A stretch of DNA of 63,317 nucleotides, counting the filler, from Octopus bimaculoides (Eukaryota): assembly GCF_001194135.2 (NCBI RefSeq). It is 6 parts of 6 records of this genome, joined end to end, with 100 filler letters (N's around TTAATTAATTAA, not from the genome) between each part and the next. Parts side by side here need not be neighbours in the genome. Positions count along the whole stretch, not along the records: positions 33,630 to 60,429 come from NC_068999.1; 5 more parts are not named here. One strand, given 5' to 3'. Below the pieces are notes generated by a model. It did no database searches. It saw only the letters and a program-made list of their open reading frames with translations, and was not told the DNA's origin. Shown in pieces: positions 33,663 to 47,540 of this stretch (its first letter is position 1; every line of letters starts with the position of its first letter). Made by a program: the position numbers and the translations under genes.

Positions 33663-35607
33663 AGTATATATAAATATATATGTGCGGGTATATATATTTA
33701 CATATATCTTTCTGTTGTTGTTGTTGTTGTTGTTGTTGTTTTAATGATAATATGCTACGACGAAAACAAAACAGAAATATTTTCAATAAACCGATGTGAA
33801 GGCATGTGTGTTTGTATGTGTGTGTTTGTGTGTGTATGTGTGTTTGTGTATGTGAGTGTGTGTATGTGTGTGTGTGAGTGTATGTGAGTGTGTGTGTGTG
33901 TGTGTGTGTGCGTTTCCAACCAAAAGTTTATCCTAGGTTGAAGTTAAAAAAAAAAAAGTTAAAATGTATTGAAAAACCTCGGAGTTGGTGTAAGCTCCGT
34001 CCTTCACTTGTACGAATAAATCTCCCAGAACGGTTAAAGTGAAGTCTCATACAACACATACCAACCAAATAATAATAATAATAATAACAACAACAACAAC
34101 ACCAACAACGACAGCAACAACAAAAGCTAAACTACAGGAAGAAGAAAAAGAAAAAGTCACACACACAAATACAGTCTCACTGAATAACGCACTCACAGTC
34201 TCACTCACACTCAATCACACACACACACACAGACACATATACACTCTCTTTGTTTTTATCTCTCTACCTATCACTCACGCACACACACTATCTCTGACTA
34301 CCCTCAATTTCTCTCTCGCTGTCTATCTCTCCCTCTGTCTCTCTGTTTCTCAGTCTCTCACTCTCTCTGTCTCTGTCTGTTTGTCTGTCTCTCTCTTTCT
34401 CTCTCTTCCCACTTCTCTCCTATAATTGATATCCGACCGTGCGTGTTTATTCACGTTCAACGGGCGAACCGCCGTCGTATGCTCCTCAATCGCACATGCA
34501 ACCACGCAAAAACAAACACAAACACACAAAACTCTAGCACACACGCAATCACACAAGCACCCACACATTCACTTACATATCAACACACACACACATATAC
34601 GGTTACACAGGTGAAGCCCCTCTTTTTCCGTTCGATTTCCTTTTTTTTCTTTTTTTTTTCTTCTCAATACTCCGTAACCCCTGACAAAACTGTCAATATT
34701 TCGGGTACAACCGCGTCACTTTGTGAAAATTTTTGATGTAAAAAAAAAATCGTGCGGCACCTTCAACCGAGTCAATCCTTTGCTATACCATCGGTATGAA
34801 CAGTTTTGTTATTTATTCTTAGTATCATTATAATATATATATATGTATATGTATATACATTTATATATATTATTAGTCGTGGTATTAGTATTATTATTAT
34901 TATTATTGATTTTAATGTTGCTGTAGTCGTTATTGCTGCTGCTGCTGCTGTTGGTGATGTTAATGTAACGATGGTACCATTCTACAGCTGATTGCTCCTC
35001 TTGATGGTCTTAAAGAAATACGCCGATGTCCTGGTATAAGCTATTCCAACTTCTAAATACTGCCGGTATGTTACGGGAATCTACGTGTACGCGAGAGCAC
35101 ATGTGAGTGCGTGACTCTATGACTCTGTGTGACTCTGTATGTGTGTGTGTGTCTGTTCGTTTCCGTGTATTTTATATTGTACATGTATAAGCGTGTGTCG
35201 ATGATAGCTATGTACGTATGGAAGCGTGCATGCGTCCGTCTATTTCTGCGTCCATCGCGCGAACATTATTTGCGAAGGTGAGCTGAATGCTTGTGTGCAG
35301 GTAGCATTGTGGTGCTCTTGCGCGTTTTCAAACATACATCCGTAGGCGTGTGTGTGCATGTGCGTGTGTGTATGTGTGCGCGAGCGTGCAAGTGTGTATG
35401 TGTGTGTGTGTGCGCTTGTATATTTATTCGTGCGCCTATATGTGGGTGAAAGTTTGCCTAAAGATTCATAAACACATACGGACGACTACTTATTATATCA
35501 GCGTTTGCCTGTGCGTGTGTACGTTATGATGTGCAAGTAAGTTCTTATAATATACACTGATTTATATACATATACATACATGTGTAGGTATGTACATATA
35601 TGTGAGA

Positions 35608-35647
<40 letters not shown>

Positions 35648-35812
35648 CCTTTATGTATTTAATTCGATATGTGTAATTCTTCTCTGTTAAATTTTTACGT
35701 GCGGTATAGTATTCATATTTGCGTGTATGTGAAATATATATATATATGTATATGCGTGCGTTTGTACGCTTCCGTGAGTGCACGGACGTACGTGTGCATG
35801 TATGTATGTATG

Positions 35813-35843
<31 letters not shown>

Positions 35844-36827
35844 CAGTGCATCTATATGTATGTGCCTGTACGCGCGCGTTATATTGGTGTAGTTCACATA
35901 TGTTTGTGTTCTGTGTGTAAGCACGTGTTAGTTCGAGACAGGTTACAGATGATAGTGTGTACGTGTGTACGTAACATGCAAACTCCGTTCGTCGTCTTCT
36001 TAGGAAATAAATCTTCTTCTGTACACATTAAGTTATATATATATACATACATATATATATATATATATATTCTACTCTGTTTAAAATACCCACCCCACCA
36101 AAAAACAAACTAAATAAGATAAAGAAATTAATCAATGATACTAATTATATATATCTTTTAAATGTTAAAAGACCATTGTTAATCAAACAGCTTAAACACC
36201 CTAATTAGATTTGAGACTTATTAAAATTATAAAGTGTTCAAAATAAAGTTAACATTTTTAGTTCATTGAAATTAGATTCTGCCAAACAAGAATCTAATGT
36301 TAAAAATGGTACAAAATTAAGAAATAATTTCGAGAAGTTACCATAACTTGGCTTTCGATAATTTTTTTTCTTTTCAATTTTTCAGGAAAAAAAAGAAAAG
36401 AAAAAGAAACACAACAATTTTACTCTCATATTTTCTCAGTGTGAGTTTATTTCTGATTACGTGAGAATTTGCAGCCGAATAATAGATTTGTATGTTTGCA
36501 CGTACGTACGTGCGTATGCATGCATGTATAATGTAAGGTATATATGGATATATGTATGTATTCTTTTATTCTTTTACTTGTTTCAGTTATTTAACTGCGG
36601 TCATGCTGGAGTACCACTTTATGTATGTATGTACTTATGTATGTTTCACCTATTTTTTACTTATTATAAATCTTCAACTGAGGCGGGAGCCGGTTTCCAA
36701 CAAAGATACAAGGCCCCTATCTATCTATCTATCTATCTATCTATGACTGAATATTTTCAGGGTATATTCCTCTATGTGTGTGTGTGTAAATATATGTATA
36801 TACATACATACATACATACATACATAC

Positions 36828-36858
<31 letters not shown>

Positions 36859-36947
36859 AATACAAACATACTTATATACAAATATGTGTACATATGCATA
36901 ATTGTATGAATATATTTATGTATACGTGTGCGTGTTGTGTGTGTGTG

Positions 36948-36997
<50 letters not shown>

Positions 36998-37996
36998 ACA
37001 CACACACCCCAACAATATCCTGTATATTTTATTATCATTACTATTATTTTTTCTTTCAGGAGAGGCGAGATTGAGCGATTTCTGAGCGGTCTGAGGGTCG
37101 ATTCAATTACATTTCGCTGGTGTAATGTCGCTGGTTTTCCTGCGGCTCTTCTGGAAGAACCATTGCCCTTACCGCTGGTCTTTTCTTCTTTTCGTTTCCA
37201 ATGTGTTTATACTTGTGTCCGCACATATGCTTCGCTCACACAATGTATGCATGCATTTGTGTTTGTACGTACGTGTATATATATATATATATATATATAN
37301 NNNNNNNNNNNNNNNNNNNNNNNNNNNNNNNNNNNNNNNNNNNNNNNNNNNNNNNNNNNNNNNNNNNNNNNNNNNNNNNNNNNNNNNNNNNNNNNNNNNN
37401 NNNNNNNNNNNNNNNNNNNNNNNNNNNNNNNNNNNNNNNNNNNNNNNNNNNNNNNNNNNNNNNNNNNNNNNNNNNNNNNNNNNNNNNNNNNNNNNNNNNN
37501 NNNNNNNNNNNNNNNNNNNNNNNNNNNNNNNNNNNNNNNNNNNNNNNNNNNNNNNNNNNNNNNNNNNNNNNNNNNNNNNNNNNNNNNNNNNNNNNNNNNN
37601 NNNNNNNNNNNNNNNNNNNNNNNNNNNNNNNNNNNNNNNNNNNNNNNNNNNNNNNNNNNNNNNNNNNNNNNNNNNNNNNNNNNNNNNNNNNNNNNNNNNN
37701 NNNNNNNNNNNNNNNNNNNNNNNNNNNNNNNNNNNNNNNNNNNNNNNNNNNNNNNNNNNNNNNNNNNNNNNNNNNNNNNNNNNNNNNNNNNNNNNNNNNN
37801 NNNNNNNNNNNNNNNNNNNNNNNNNNNNNNNNNNNNNNNNNNNNNNNNNNNNNNNNNNNNNNNNNNNNNNNNNNNNNNNNNNNNNNNNNNNNNNNNNNNN
37901 NNNNNCTAGACTTACAAAGAATAAGTCCTGGGGTCGATTTGCTCGAGTAAAGCCGGTGCTCCAGCATGGCCACAGTAAAAAAGTAAAAGAGAGTAT

Positions 37997-38031
<35 letters not shown>

Positions 38032-38175
38032 GGTGCGTGTGTATACAGGTATGTAAGTTATGAAGACTGAAAAGTTAGAAGTCACTGTGAAACACAATAT
38101 AACTCAAGTGTCTGTACACACACGTGTGTGTGTCTGTGTTTGTGTGTGTGTGTGCGTGTGTGTGTGCGTGTGTGT

Positions 38176-38218
<43 letters not shown>

Positions 38219-38323
38219 TGTGCACATAAGGTAGCTACGGTTGATGCCACGCCTATTCTGTACACAGTGTGTGTTTTGTTTTAGTTTTTCTCTGTCCCTC
38301 TCTTCCTTTTTCTCTCTATCCCC

Positions 38324-38369
<46 letters not shown>

Positions 38370-38553
38370 TCACACACTCTACCTACCTCTCTCTCAATCT
38401 CACACACACTCTCTCTCTGTGTATCTCTCTCTCTCTCTCTCTCTCTCTTTCGCTTTCTCTCTCTCCTATCAAACAGTAATCGCAACATCAACAGCAACAT
38501 CAACAGCAGCAGCACCTGTAATATAAGTATTAAGAGTTCTGGGCTTTTGCAGC

Positions 38554-38590
<37 letters not shown>

Positions 38591-39791
38591 ACAGTTACAG
38601 CAGCAGCAGCAGTTTGTCGCTGCTCCGGTTGTTGCTGAGGGGCTTGTGGCTGTTGTTACTGTTGCTGTTTTTCTCGTTGTTGCCGTAGGAGTTGTAGGAG
38701 GAGGAAAGAGAGAGAGGTAGAGAGAGATATATATAGAGAGAGATAGAGAGAGTGAGAGAGAGAGAGAGAGAGAGNNNNNNNNNNNNNNNNNNNNNNNNNN
38801 NNNNNNNNNNNNNNNNNNNNNNNNNNNNNNNNNNNNNNNNNNNNNNNNNNNNNNNNNNNNNNNNNNNNNNNNNNNNNNNNNNNNNNNNNNNNNNNNNNNN
38901 NNNNNNNNNNNNNNNNNNNNNNNNNNNNNNNNNNNNNNNNNNNNNNNNNNNNNNNNNNNNNNNNNNNNNNNNNNNNNNNNNNNNNNNNNNNNNNNNNNNN
39001 NNNNNNNNNNNNNNNNNNNNNNNNNNNNNNNNNNNNNNNNNNNNNNNNNNNNNNNNNNNNNNNNNNNNNNNNNNNNNNNNNNNNNNNNNNNNNNNNNNNN
39101 NNNNNNNNNNNNNNNNNNNNNNNNNNNNNNNNNNNNNNNNNNNNNNNNNNNNNNNNNNNNNNNNNNNNNNNNNNNNNNNNNNNNNNNNNNNNNNNNNNNN
39201 NNNNNNNNNNNNNNNNNNNNNNNNNNNNNNNNNNNNNNNNNNNNNNNNNNNNNNNNNNNNNNNNNNNNNNNNNNNNNNNNNNNNNNNNNNNNNNNNNNNN
39301 NNNNNNNNNNNNNNNNNNNNNNNNNNNNNNNNNNNNNNNNNNNNNNNNNNNNNNNNNNNNNNNNNNNNNNNNNNNNNNNNNNNNNNNNNNNNNNNNNNNN
39401 NNNNNNNNNNNNNNNNNNNNNNNNNNNNNNNNNNNNNNNNNNNNNNNNNNNNNNNNNNNNNNNNNNNNNNNNNNNNNNNNNNNNNNNNNNNNNNNNNNNN
39501 NNNNNNNNNNNNNNNNNNNNNNNNNNNNNNNNNNNNNNNNNNNNNNNNNNNNNNNNNNNNNNNNNNNNNNNNNNNNNNNNNNNNNNNNNNNNNNNNNNNN
39601 NNNNNNNNNNNNNNNNNNNNNNNNNNNNNNNNNNNNNNNNNNNNNNNNNNNNNNNNNNNNNNNNNNNNNNNNNNNNNNNNNNNNNNNNNNNNNNNNNNNN
39701 NNNNNNNNNNNNAGGGGTGGCGGTATGAGCAATAAACAACGGCCGGTGCAGGAGCAGCAAGCAGGAGCACCGGCATCACCATCACCATCAC

Positions 39792-39835
<44 letters not shown>

Positions 39836-39960
39836 ACAGCAGCAGTAGTAGTAGTAGCAGTAGCAGTTATTGTTGTTTCCCACCTCAGCGCCGATCTGAT
39901 TGCTATCGTTGGTGACAATAAATAAGAAGAGAGTTTATTTCTTTTGCTCTTACTGATGCT

Positions 39961-40023
<63 letters not shown>

Positions 40024-40874
40024 CACGATGATACAAATTGTTATCAAACTCTTCTTCTTCTTTTTCTTTNNNNNNNNNNNNNNNNNNNNNNNNNNNNNNN
40101 NNNNNNNNNNNNNNNNNNNNNNNNNNNNNNNNNNNNNNNNNNNNNNNNNNNNNNNNNNNNNNNNNNNNNNNNNNNNNNNNNNNNNNNNNNNNNNNNNNNN
40201 NNNNNNNNNNNNNNNNNNNNNNNNNNNNNNNNNNNNNNNNNNNNNNNNNNNNNNNNNNNNNNNNNNNNNNNNNNNNNNNNNNNNNNNNNNNNNNNNNNNN
40301 NNNNNNNNNNNNNNNNNNNNNNNNNNNNNNNNNNNNNNNNNNNNNNNNNNNNNNNNNNNNNNNNNNNNNNNNNNNNNNNNNNNNNNNNNNNNNNNNNNNN
40401 NNNNNNNNNNNNNNNNNNNNNNNNNNNNNNNNNNNNNNNNNNNNNNNNNNNNNNNNNNNNNNNNNNNNNNNNNNNNNNNNNNNNNNNNNNNNNNNNNNNN
40501 NNNNNNNNNNNNNNNNNNNNNNNNNNNNNNNNNNNNNNNNNNNNNNNNNNNNNNNNNNNNNNNNNNNNNNNNNNNNNNNNNNNNNNNNNNNNNNNNNNNN
40601 NNNNNNNNNNNNNNNNNNNNNNNNNNNNNNNNNNNNNNNNNNNNNNNNNNNNNNNNNNNNNNNNNNNNNNNNNNNNNNNNNNNNNNNNNNNNNNNNNNNN
40701 NNNNNNNNNNNNNNNNNNNNNNNNNNNNNNNNNNNNNNNNNNNNNNNNNNNNNNNNNNNNNNNNNNNNNNNNNNNNNNNNNNNNNNNNNNNNNNNNNNNN
40801 NNNNNNNNNNNNNNNNNNNNNNNNNNNNNNNNNNNNNNNNNNNNNNNNNNNNNNNNNNNNNNNNNNNNNNNNNN

Positions 40875-40928
<54 letters not shown>

Positions 40929-40929
40929 T

Positions 40930-41095
40930 ATATGACAGGCTTCTTTCAGTTTCCGTCTACCAAATCCACTCAGAAGGCTTTGGTCGGCCCGAGGCTATTC
41001 TAGAAGACACTCGCCCAAGGTGCCACGCAGTGGAACTGAACCCGAAACCATTTGGTCGAGAAACAAGTTACGTACCATACAGCCACCCCTTCGCC
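40930..41095 (-). mobile_element. SINE family A, 5' half
   Basis: ggcttctttcagtttccgtctaccaaatccact...gtgccacgcagtggaactgaaccc. An isolated tail lies at 37906-37990, an isolated head at 41466-41520 and family B pieces at 41545-41850. Confidence 0.85.
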
Positions 41096-43165
41096 TGTTT
41101 CTGGGTTTGTACCTTCGTGCTTTTGTGTTTGTGTACCTGTGCTTAAACATGTATATATATTTGTGTATTTCTGTGTGTGTGTGTGTGTGTGTGTGCGTAT
41201 ATGCATGTATATATATGTTTGTGTGTATATGTGTATGCGTGTATGTATGTGTACGGGTGTATTTTTCTTTGTATTTATGAGATGGTGGGTGCGTGTTTAC
41301 TCGACTTTGTGCGTATACTTGCGTGTATGTGTGTGTGTATGCTTACGTGTGTGTGTGCGCGTATGTGTGTCTGTGCGTGTGTATTTGTCAGTATGTGCAT
41401 ATGTGTGTATAAGTCTAGATGTACATGTATATGTATCTGCATATATATATATATATTTATATATATAGGCGCAGGAGGGTCTGTGTGGTAAGTAGCTTGT
41501 TTGCCAACCACATGGCTCCGACTGCTCAACTGCTCAACTGCTACTTATTTCATCGACCTCCTCATGGATGAACGTCAAAGTCGATCACAGCGGAATGTGA
41601 ATTGAGAACGTAATGACGGACGATATCCGCTATGTATTTTGCCCGGCGTCCTAACGTCTCTGTCAGATCGCTGCTTTATACATATAGAAATAATAAAACA
41701 ATAAAGTTACCATAATAAAGAGATAATAATTGCTTCTTAATAATTGCACGAATCTTCGGTGAAGCTTGAAAATCGGAATGTAAAGAATAGGGACAAATAC
41801 GCAAAGCATTTTGTCCGACGAACTAAGGGTTCACTCGATACTTCGCCCTTATAAATTGGTAGAAATATATATCAAATAATACATAATGTAAAGAGTATGA
41901 AAAGAAAGACGCCAGTATGGGAGTAGTAGCGACCAAAGAGTAATGACCAAAGAGATTGGAAGAACCCAATACACGCAACGCCATACAACCCTCACNNNNN
42001 NNNNNNNNNNNNNNNNNNNNNNNNNNNNNNNNNNNNNNNNNNNNNNNNNNNNNNNNNNNNNNNNNNNNNNNNNNNNNNNNNNNNNNNNNNNNNNNNNNNN
42101 NNNNNNNNNNNNNNNNNNNNNNNNNNNNNNNNNNNNNNNNNNNNNNNNNNNNNNNNNNNNNNNNNNNNNNNNNNNNNNNNNNNNNNNNNNNNNNNNNNNN
42201 NNNNNNNNNNNNNNNNNNNNNNNNNNNNNNNNNNNNNNNNNNNNNNNNNNNNNNNNNNNNNNNNNNNNNNNNNNNNNNNNNNNNNNNNNNNNNNNNNNNN
42301 NNNNNNNNNNNNNNNNNNNNNNNNNNNNNNNNNNNNNNNNNNNNNNNNNNNNNNNNNNNNNNNNNNNNNNNNNNNNNNNNNNNNNNNNNNNNNNNNNNNN
42401 NNNNNNNNNNNNNNNNNNNNNNNNNNNNNNNNNNNNNNNNNNNNNNNNNNNNNNNNNNNNNNNNNNNNNNNNNNNNNNNNNNNNNNNNNNNNNNNNNNNN
42501 NNNNNNNNNNNNNNNNNNNNNNNNNNNNNNNNNNNNNNNNNNNNNNNNNNNNNNNNNNNNNNNNNNNNNNNNNNNNNNNNNNNNNNNNNNNNNNNNNNNN
42601 NNNNNNNNNNNNNNNNNNNNNNNNNNNNNNNNNNNNNNNNNNNNNNNNNNNNNNNNNNNNNNNNNNNNNNNNNNNNNNNNNNNNNNNNNNNNNNNNNNNN
42701 NNNNNNNNNNNNNNNNNNNNNNNNNNTATATATATATATATATATATATATATGTCTACATGTATCTCTCTTCTCTCTGAATCTGTGTCTCATTCTCACT
42801 CTCTTTTTCCTTCTACACCCACCTCTCTTACGATGTACTCACGTGTATGCAACATCTCAAGGCTTCTGCTACAGTGATTAAATAACCTGGTAGCCCAGTA
42901 TTGATAGGTAAAAATACAAAGTTTTCGTATGTATGTATGTAGATAGGTAGGTGGGTGGGTAAGTAGGTGGGTAGGTATGTGTATATGGGCGTGCGTGCGT
43001 GCGTGTGATTGAGAGAGAGAGGGAGGAGGAGATAAAGAGGGAGAGAAAGAAAGAGAGAGAGCGAGAAAGAGAGAGTCTATAGTTATGTGTTTGTGTGCGC
43101 GGCTCCTTGTATGCATGTATGTATACATTGACACATGTGTGTATGTATGTATGTATGTATGTATG

Positions 43166-43216
<51 letters not shown>

Positions 43217-44089
43217 CACACATATATATACACATATATATACGTCTGTGTGAATGTGTGAATGCATATANNNNNNNNNNNNNNNNNNNNNNNNNNNNNN
43301 NNNNNNNNNNNNNNNNNNNNNNNNNNNNNNNNNNNNNNNNNNNNNNNNNNNNNNNNNNNNNNNNNNNNNNNNNNNNNNNNNNNNNNNNNNNNNNNNNNNN
43401 NNNNNNNNNNNNNNNNNNNNNNNNNNNNNNNNNNNNNNNNNNNNNNNNNNNNNNNNNNNNNNNNNNNNNNNNNNNNNNNNNNNNNNNNNNNNNNNNNNNN
43501 NNNNNNNNNNNNNNNNNNNNNNNNNNNNNNNNNNNNNNNNNNNNNNNNNNNNNNNNNNNNNNNNNNNNNNNNNNNNNNNNNNNNNNNNNNNNNNNNNNNN
43601 NNNNNNNNNNNNNNNNNNNNNNNNNNNNNNNNNNNNNNNNNNNNNNNNNNNNNNNNNNNNNNNNNNNNNNNNNNNNNNNNNNNNNNNNNNNNNNNNNNNN
43701 NNNNNNNNNNNNNNNNNNNNNNNNNNNNNNNNNNNNNNNNNNNNNNNNNNNNNNNNNNNNNNNNNNNNNNNNNNNNNNNNNNNNNNNNNNNNNNNNNNNN
43801 NNNNNNNNNNNNNNNNNNNNNNNNNNNNNNNNNNNNNNNNNNNNNNNNNNNNNNNNNNNNNNNNNNNNNNNNNNNNNNNNNNNNNNNNNNNNNNNNNNNN
43901 NNNNNNNNNNNNNNNNNNNNNNNNNNNNNNNNNNNNNNNNNNNNNNNNNNNNNNNNNNNNNNNNNNNNNNNNNNNNNNNNNNNNNNNNNNNNNNNNNNNN
44001 NNNNNNNNNNNNNNNNNNNNNNNNNNNNNNNNNNNNNNNNNNNNNNNNNNNNNNNNNNNNNNNNNNNNNNNNNNNNNNNNNNNNNNNNG

Positions 44090-44109
<20 letters not shown>

Positions 44110-44126
<17 letters not shown>

Positions 44127-44710
44127 ATCATCGTGTTTATGACTGTTCCCCCCGACAACAACTTGACAGTCGGTGCTGCTGTTTACCAACCCGTAACTGA
44201 GCGGATTGGCGTCTGATGACGATAGAATAAAAACTAGACTTCATGAAATAAATTTGGGGTCGAGTCATTCGACTAAATATACAGCTAGGCGGTGCTCCAA
44301 CATGGCCGCAGTCTAATGGATGCAGTTGTCGGCTGCCCATCCAATCTTCATTTCGAGCAATATGTATCTTTGACAATATGTATCTTCGATGGCAGTTGCT
44401 TCCACAAATACCAAAATAAAATTTGGGATTTATGGAGGGTCAAGGTTGGGAACAAAAACAGGACAGCGGAGACATACAAGGAAACCGAACGAAAACAAAC
44501 ATAGAGGGTCGTTAGACCAGAACGAGAGGAAAATAGCGAACGCCGGAGAAATACTTTCTTTGACAAGTGAAAGATAGAAGATATATATGTGGGTGCGTGT
44601 TAGTGTGTGTGTATTTGTCCCCCACCACCATCGCTTGACAACCGGTTTTGGTGTGTTTTCGTCCCCCATGGCCGCAGTCAAATGACTGAAACAAATAAAA
44701 GAATAAAAGA
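44110..44710 (+). mobile_element. Two family A 3' fragments (44110-44320, 44600-44710)
   Basis: Both end in atggccgcagtc.aat tail sequence. Confidence 0.75.
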
Positions 44711-45185
44711 ATAACAGAATATATATGTCAAAGATTAATTGAAATCGCTTTTCTGATAATTTTTACGCTTTTAGTAATCAGATTTTTATAAATCATTAGG
44801 TGTTTGCAATATCCTCTCTTTCTGATTCTGTNNNNNNNNNNTACATATAGGTTAAGAATGACGAGTTAATGTCTCCCAGTGGTAATAAGAGGAAAAATAA
44901 ATATATATGTGTGTGTGTGTGTCTGTGTGTGTGTGTGTTTCTGGGAGTGTGTGTGGGGAGAAGACCGAGAGAGTCATACTGAGGAGGTGAGATGTATGCA
45001 TATGCATATAGAGGCATAGACAGACCTGTACACAAGTATGTTAAAGCTAGAGACAGGTTATGTGATGTGACACAAAGTTAAGCTGGTAATGAAGCCGCTG
45101 CATAATTTCACAACTGACTGCTCAAGCACGCACACCTTAGTAGTAGCTGTGTCTCGGAATGTGTGTGTTTGTGTGTTTGTGTGTT

Positions 45186-45224
<39 letters not shown>

Positions 45225-45399
45225 CTGCATGGGGTATTGGCCTAGAAACCTTTCTTGTGTATACATGGTATTTTGCCAATTGAATGCGTGTGTTTGAATA
45301 TATATATGTGTGTATGTATGTATATATATATATATATATATCTTATTGTATTTTTATATCATATAATATTGCAATTATATACATATATAAGATATATAT

Positions 45400-45476
<77 letters not shown>

Positions 45477-45762
45477 GTGTGTGTGTGCATGTGCGTGGGT
45501 CGCGGTGTAAGCACCGGTGCTTGACTCTTGGCGGTGTGGGTGTTGGTGTATGCTCTTAGTGCTTGGGTGTGTGTGCGTAGCTAATTGGTGTGCTTATTAT
45601 GGCTGTCACCCCCACATTTTCACTCCAGCTACTCTGAACGCCTTCATATACACACATATATCCTTACGTACACCATATATCATACACACACGCAGGGGAG
45701 TGTTTTCCAAGACTACAACAAAAGTTACATACCTCAGTGAACTTGTTACTCATATATAACTC

Positions 45763-45815
<53 letters not shown>

Positions 45816-46346
45816 ATAGAAAGGACAACAAAAGAAAGAAAGAGACCTCGGTATTATGTAAATAGAGGAATTTATTTGTGAAAATAAGTGACATTTATTC
45901 GGTTGGCTTGGGTTCCCACCCCGGCATCCGAAACTCGGAGTTTTATCATGGCTACCGAATAAGTATCNNNNNNNNNNNNNNNNNNNNNNNNNNNNNNNNN
46001 NNNNNNNNNNNNNNNNNNNNNNNNNNNNNNNNNNNNNNNNNNNNNNNNNNNNNNNNNNNNNNNNNNNNNNNNNNNNNNNNNNNNNNNNNNNNNNNNNNNN
46101 NNNNNNNNNNNNNNNNNNNNNNNNNNNNNNNNNNNNNNNNNNNNNNNNNNNNNNNNNNNNNNNNNNNNNNNNNNNNNNNNNNNNNNNNNNNNNNNNNNNN
46201 NNNNNNNNNNNNNNNNNNNNNNNNNNNNNNNNNNNNNNNNNNNNNNNNNNNNNNNNNNNNNNNNNNNNNNNNNNNNNNNNNNNNNNNNNNNNNNNNNNNN
46301 NNNNNNNNNNNNNNNNNNNNNNNNNNNNNNNNNNNNNNNNNNNNNN

Positions 46347-46414
<68 letters not shown>

Positions 46415-46532
46415 TGAGTGTGTGTATGTGTGTTTATCTTTGTGATATGTACTTGTGCGTTTCTGTGTACTGCCTGTGTGAATGTGTACCTGTACGATAT
46501 ATGTGTATACGCATTTGCCTTATGCGTGTCTA

Positions 46533-46569
<37 letters not shown>

Positions 46570-46629
46570 TGTGTTGTGTGCGTACATGTGAGAGTATGCA
46601 TGCACATGAATAGTTGTATGTGTGTGTGT

Positions 46630-46672
<43 letters not shown>

Positions 46673-47162
46673 AGAATATATATGTAATTATTCGGACTAT
46701 AAAACAAGTGAATCGATAAAAAATGTGTATAACTAACCACAACTACTACCTTCCCCAACCTCCACTACTACTACTACTACTACTACTATTAATGCCACCA
46801 CCACCATCACTGCCACCGTCCGCGCCGCCTCTGCCACCAACACCAAAACCGACTGATCCGTCTCCGGCTTCACATTCACAGACAGTGACTTTAAATTGGA
46901 TATAGTAAGGAAAATAGTAAAGAAAGAAAGAGACTCGGAGCTAAGCAAGCATACTGTAAATCGCCTAACACCTCTCTCGCTGTCTAATCTGCCTCCTCTG
47001 TCACTTCCACTCTCCCCCCCCCTCTCTCTCTACTTCATCCCTTTCTGCCACTTTCTCCTTCCCACAGTATAAATTTTACACACGCACCCAAATGTACAGA
47101 GACAGAGAGGGAGAAAGGGAGAGGAAGAAAGAGAGAACGAGAAGGAGAGAGATGTAACAATA

Positions 47163-47334
47163 TACTCTTTTACTCTTTTACTTGTTTCAGTCATTTTTAC
47201 TGCGGCCATGCTGAAGCAGCGCCTTTAGTCGAGGAAATCGGCCCCAGGACTTATTCTTTGTAAGCCTATTCTATCGGTCACTTTGCCGAACCGCTAAGTT
47301 ACGGGGACATAAACGCACCAGCATCGGTTGTCAA
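47163..47334 (-). mobile_element. SINE family A, 3' half
   Basis: (tactcttt)2-tacttgtttcagtc...gaaccgctaagttacgggga...gcatcggttgtcaa. Confidence 0.88.
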
Positions 47335-47359
47335 ACTCCACACAATTCGGGATAATTTG

Positions 47360-47540
47360 CGAGGGGGAGACAAGTGCCCCCACCTAGCCTAGTTTGCATC
47401 CAGGGACATGTTTCTGAGTCATTGCTCGTCATCAGCCTGAAGTAGCAACACCAGCTGGCTGAAGATGTCTGTCAACCCCTCGCAACAGTTTGATTCCCTT
47501 ACTGGGACTGTCACATTAAGTTGACAGTATACAACTGCTT
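47360..47540 (-). mobile_element. Hammerhead-bearing pLTR-like repeat
   Basis: Shares its first about 45 nt (gcagttgtatactgtcaacttaatgtgacagtccc..aagggaat) and its ctggatgc...gtggggg segment with 33316-33526. Confidence 0.8.
47399..47441 (-). ncRNA. Type I hammerhead ribozyme with intact catalytic core
   Basis: TTCAGG-CTGATGA-cGAG-caatga-CTCa-GAAA-C-AT-GT-C-CCTGGA: 6-bp stem I, palindromic ACATGT stem III, GUC triplet. One C.A mismatch sits at the base of stem II. Confidence 0.75.
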
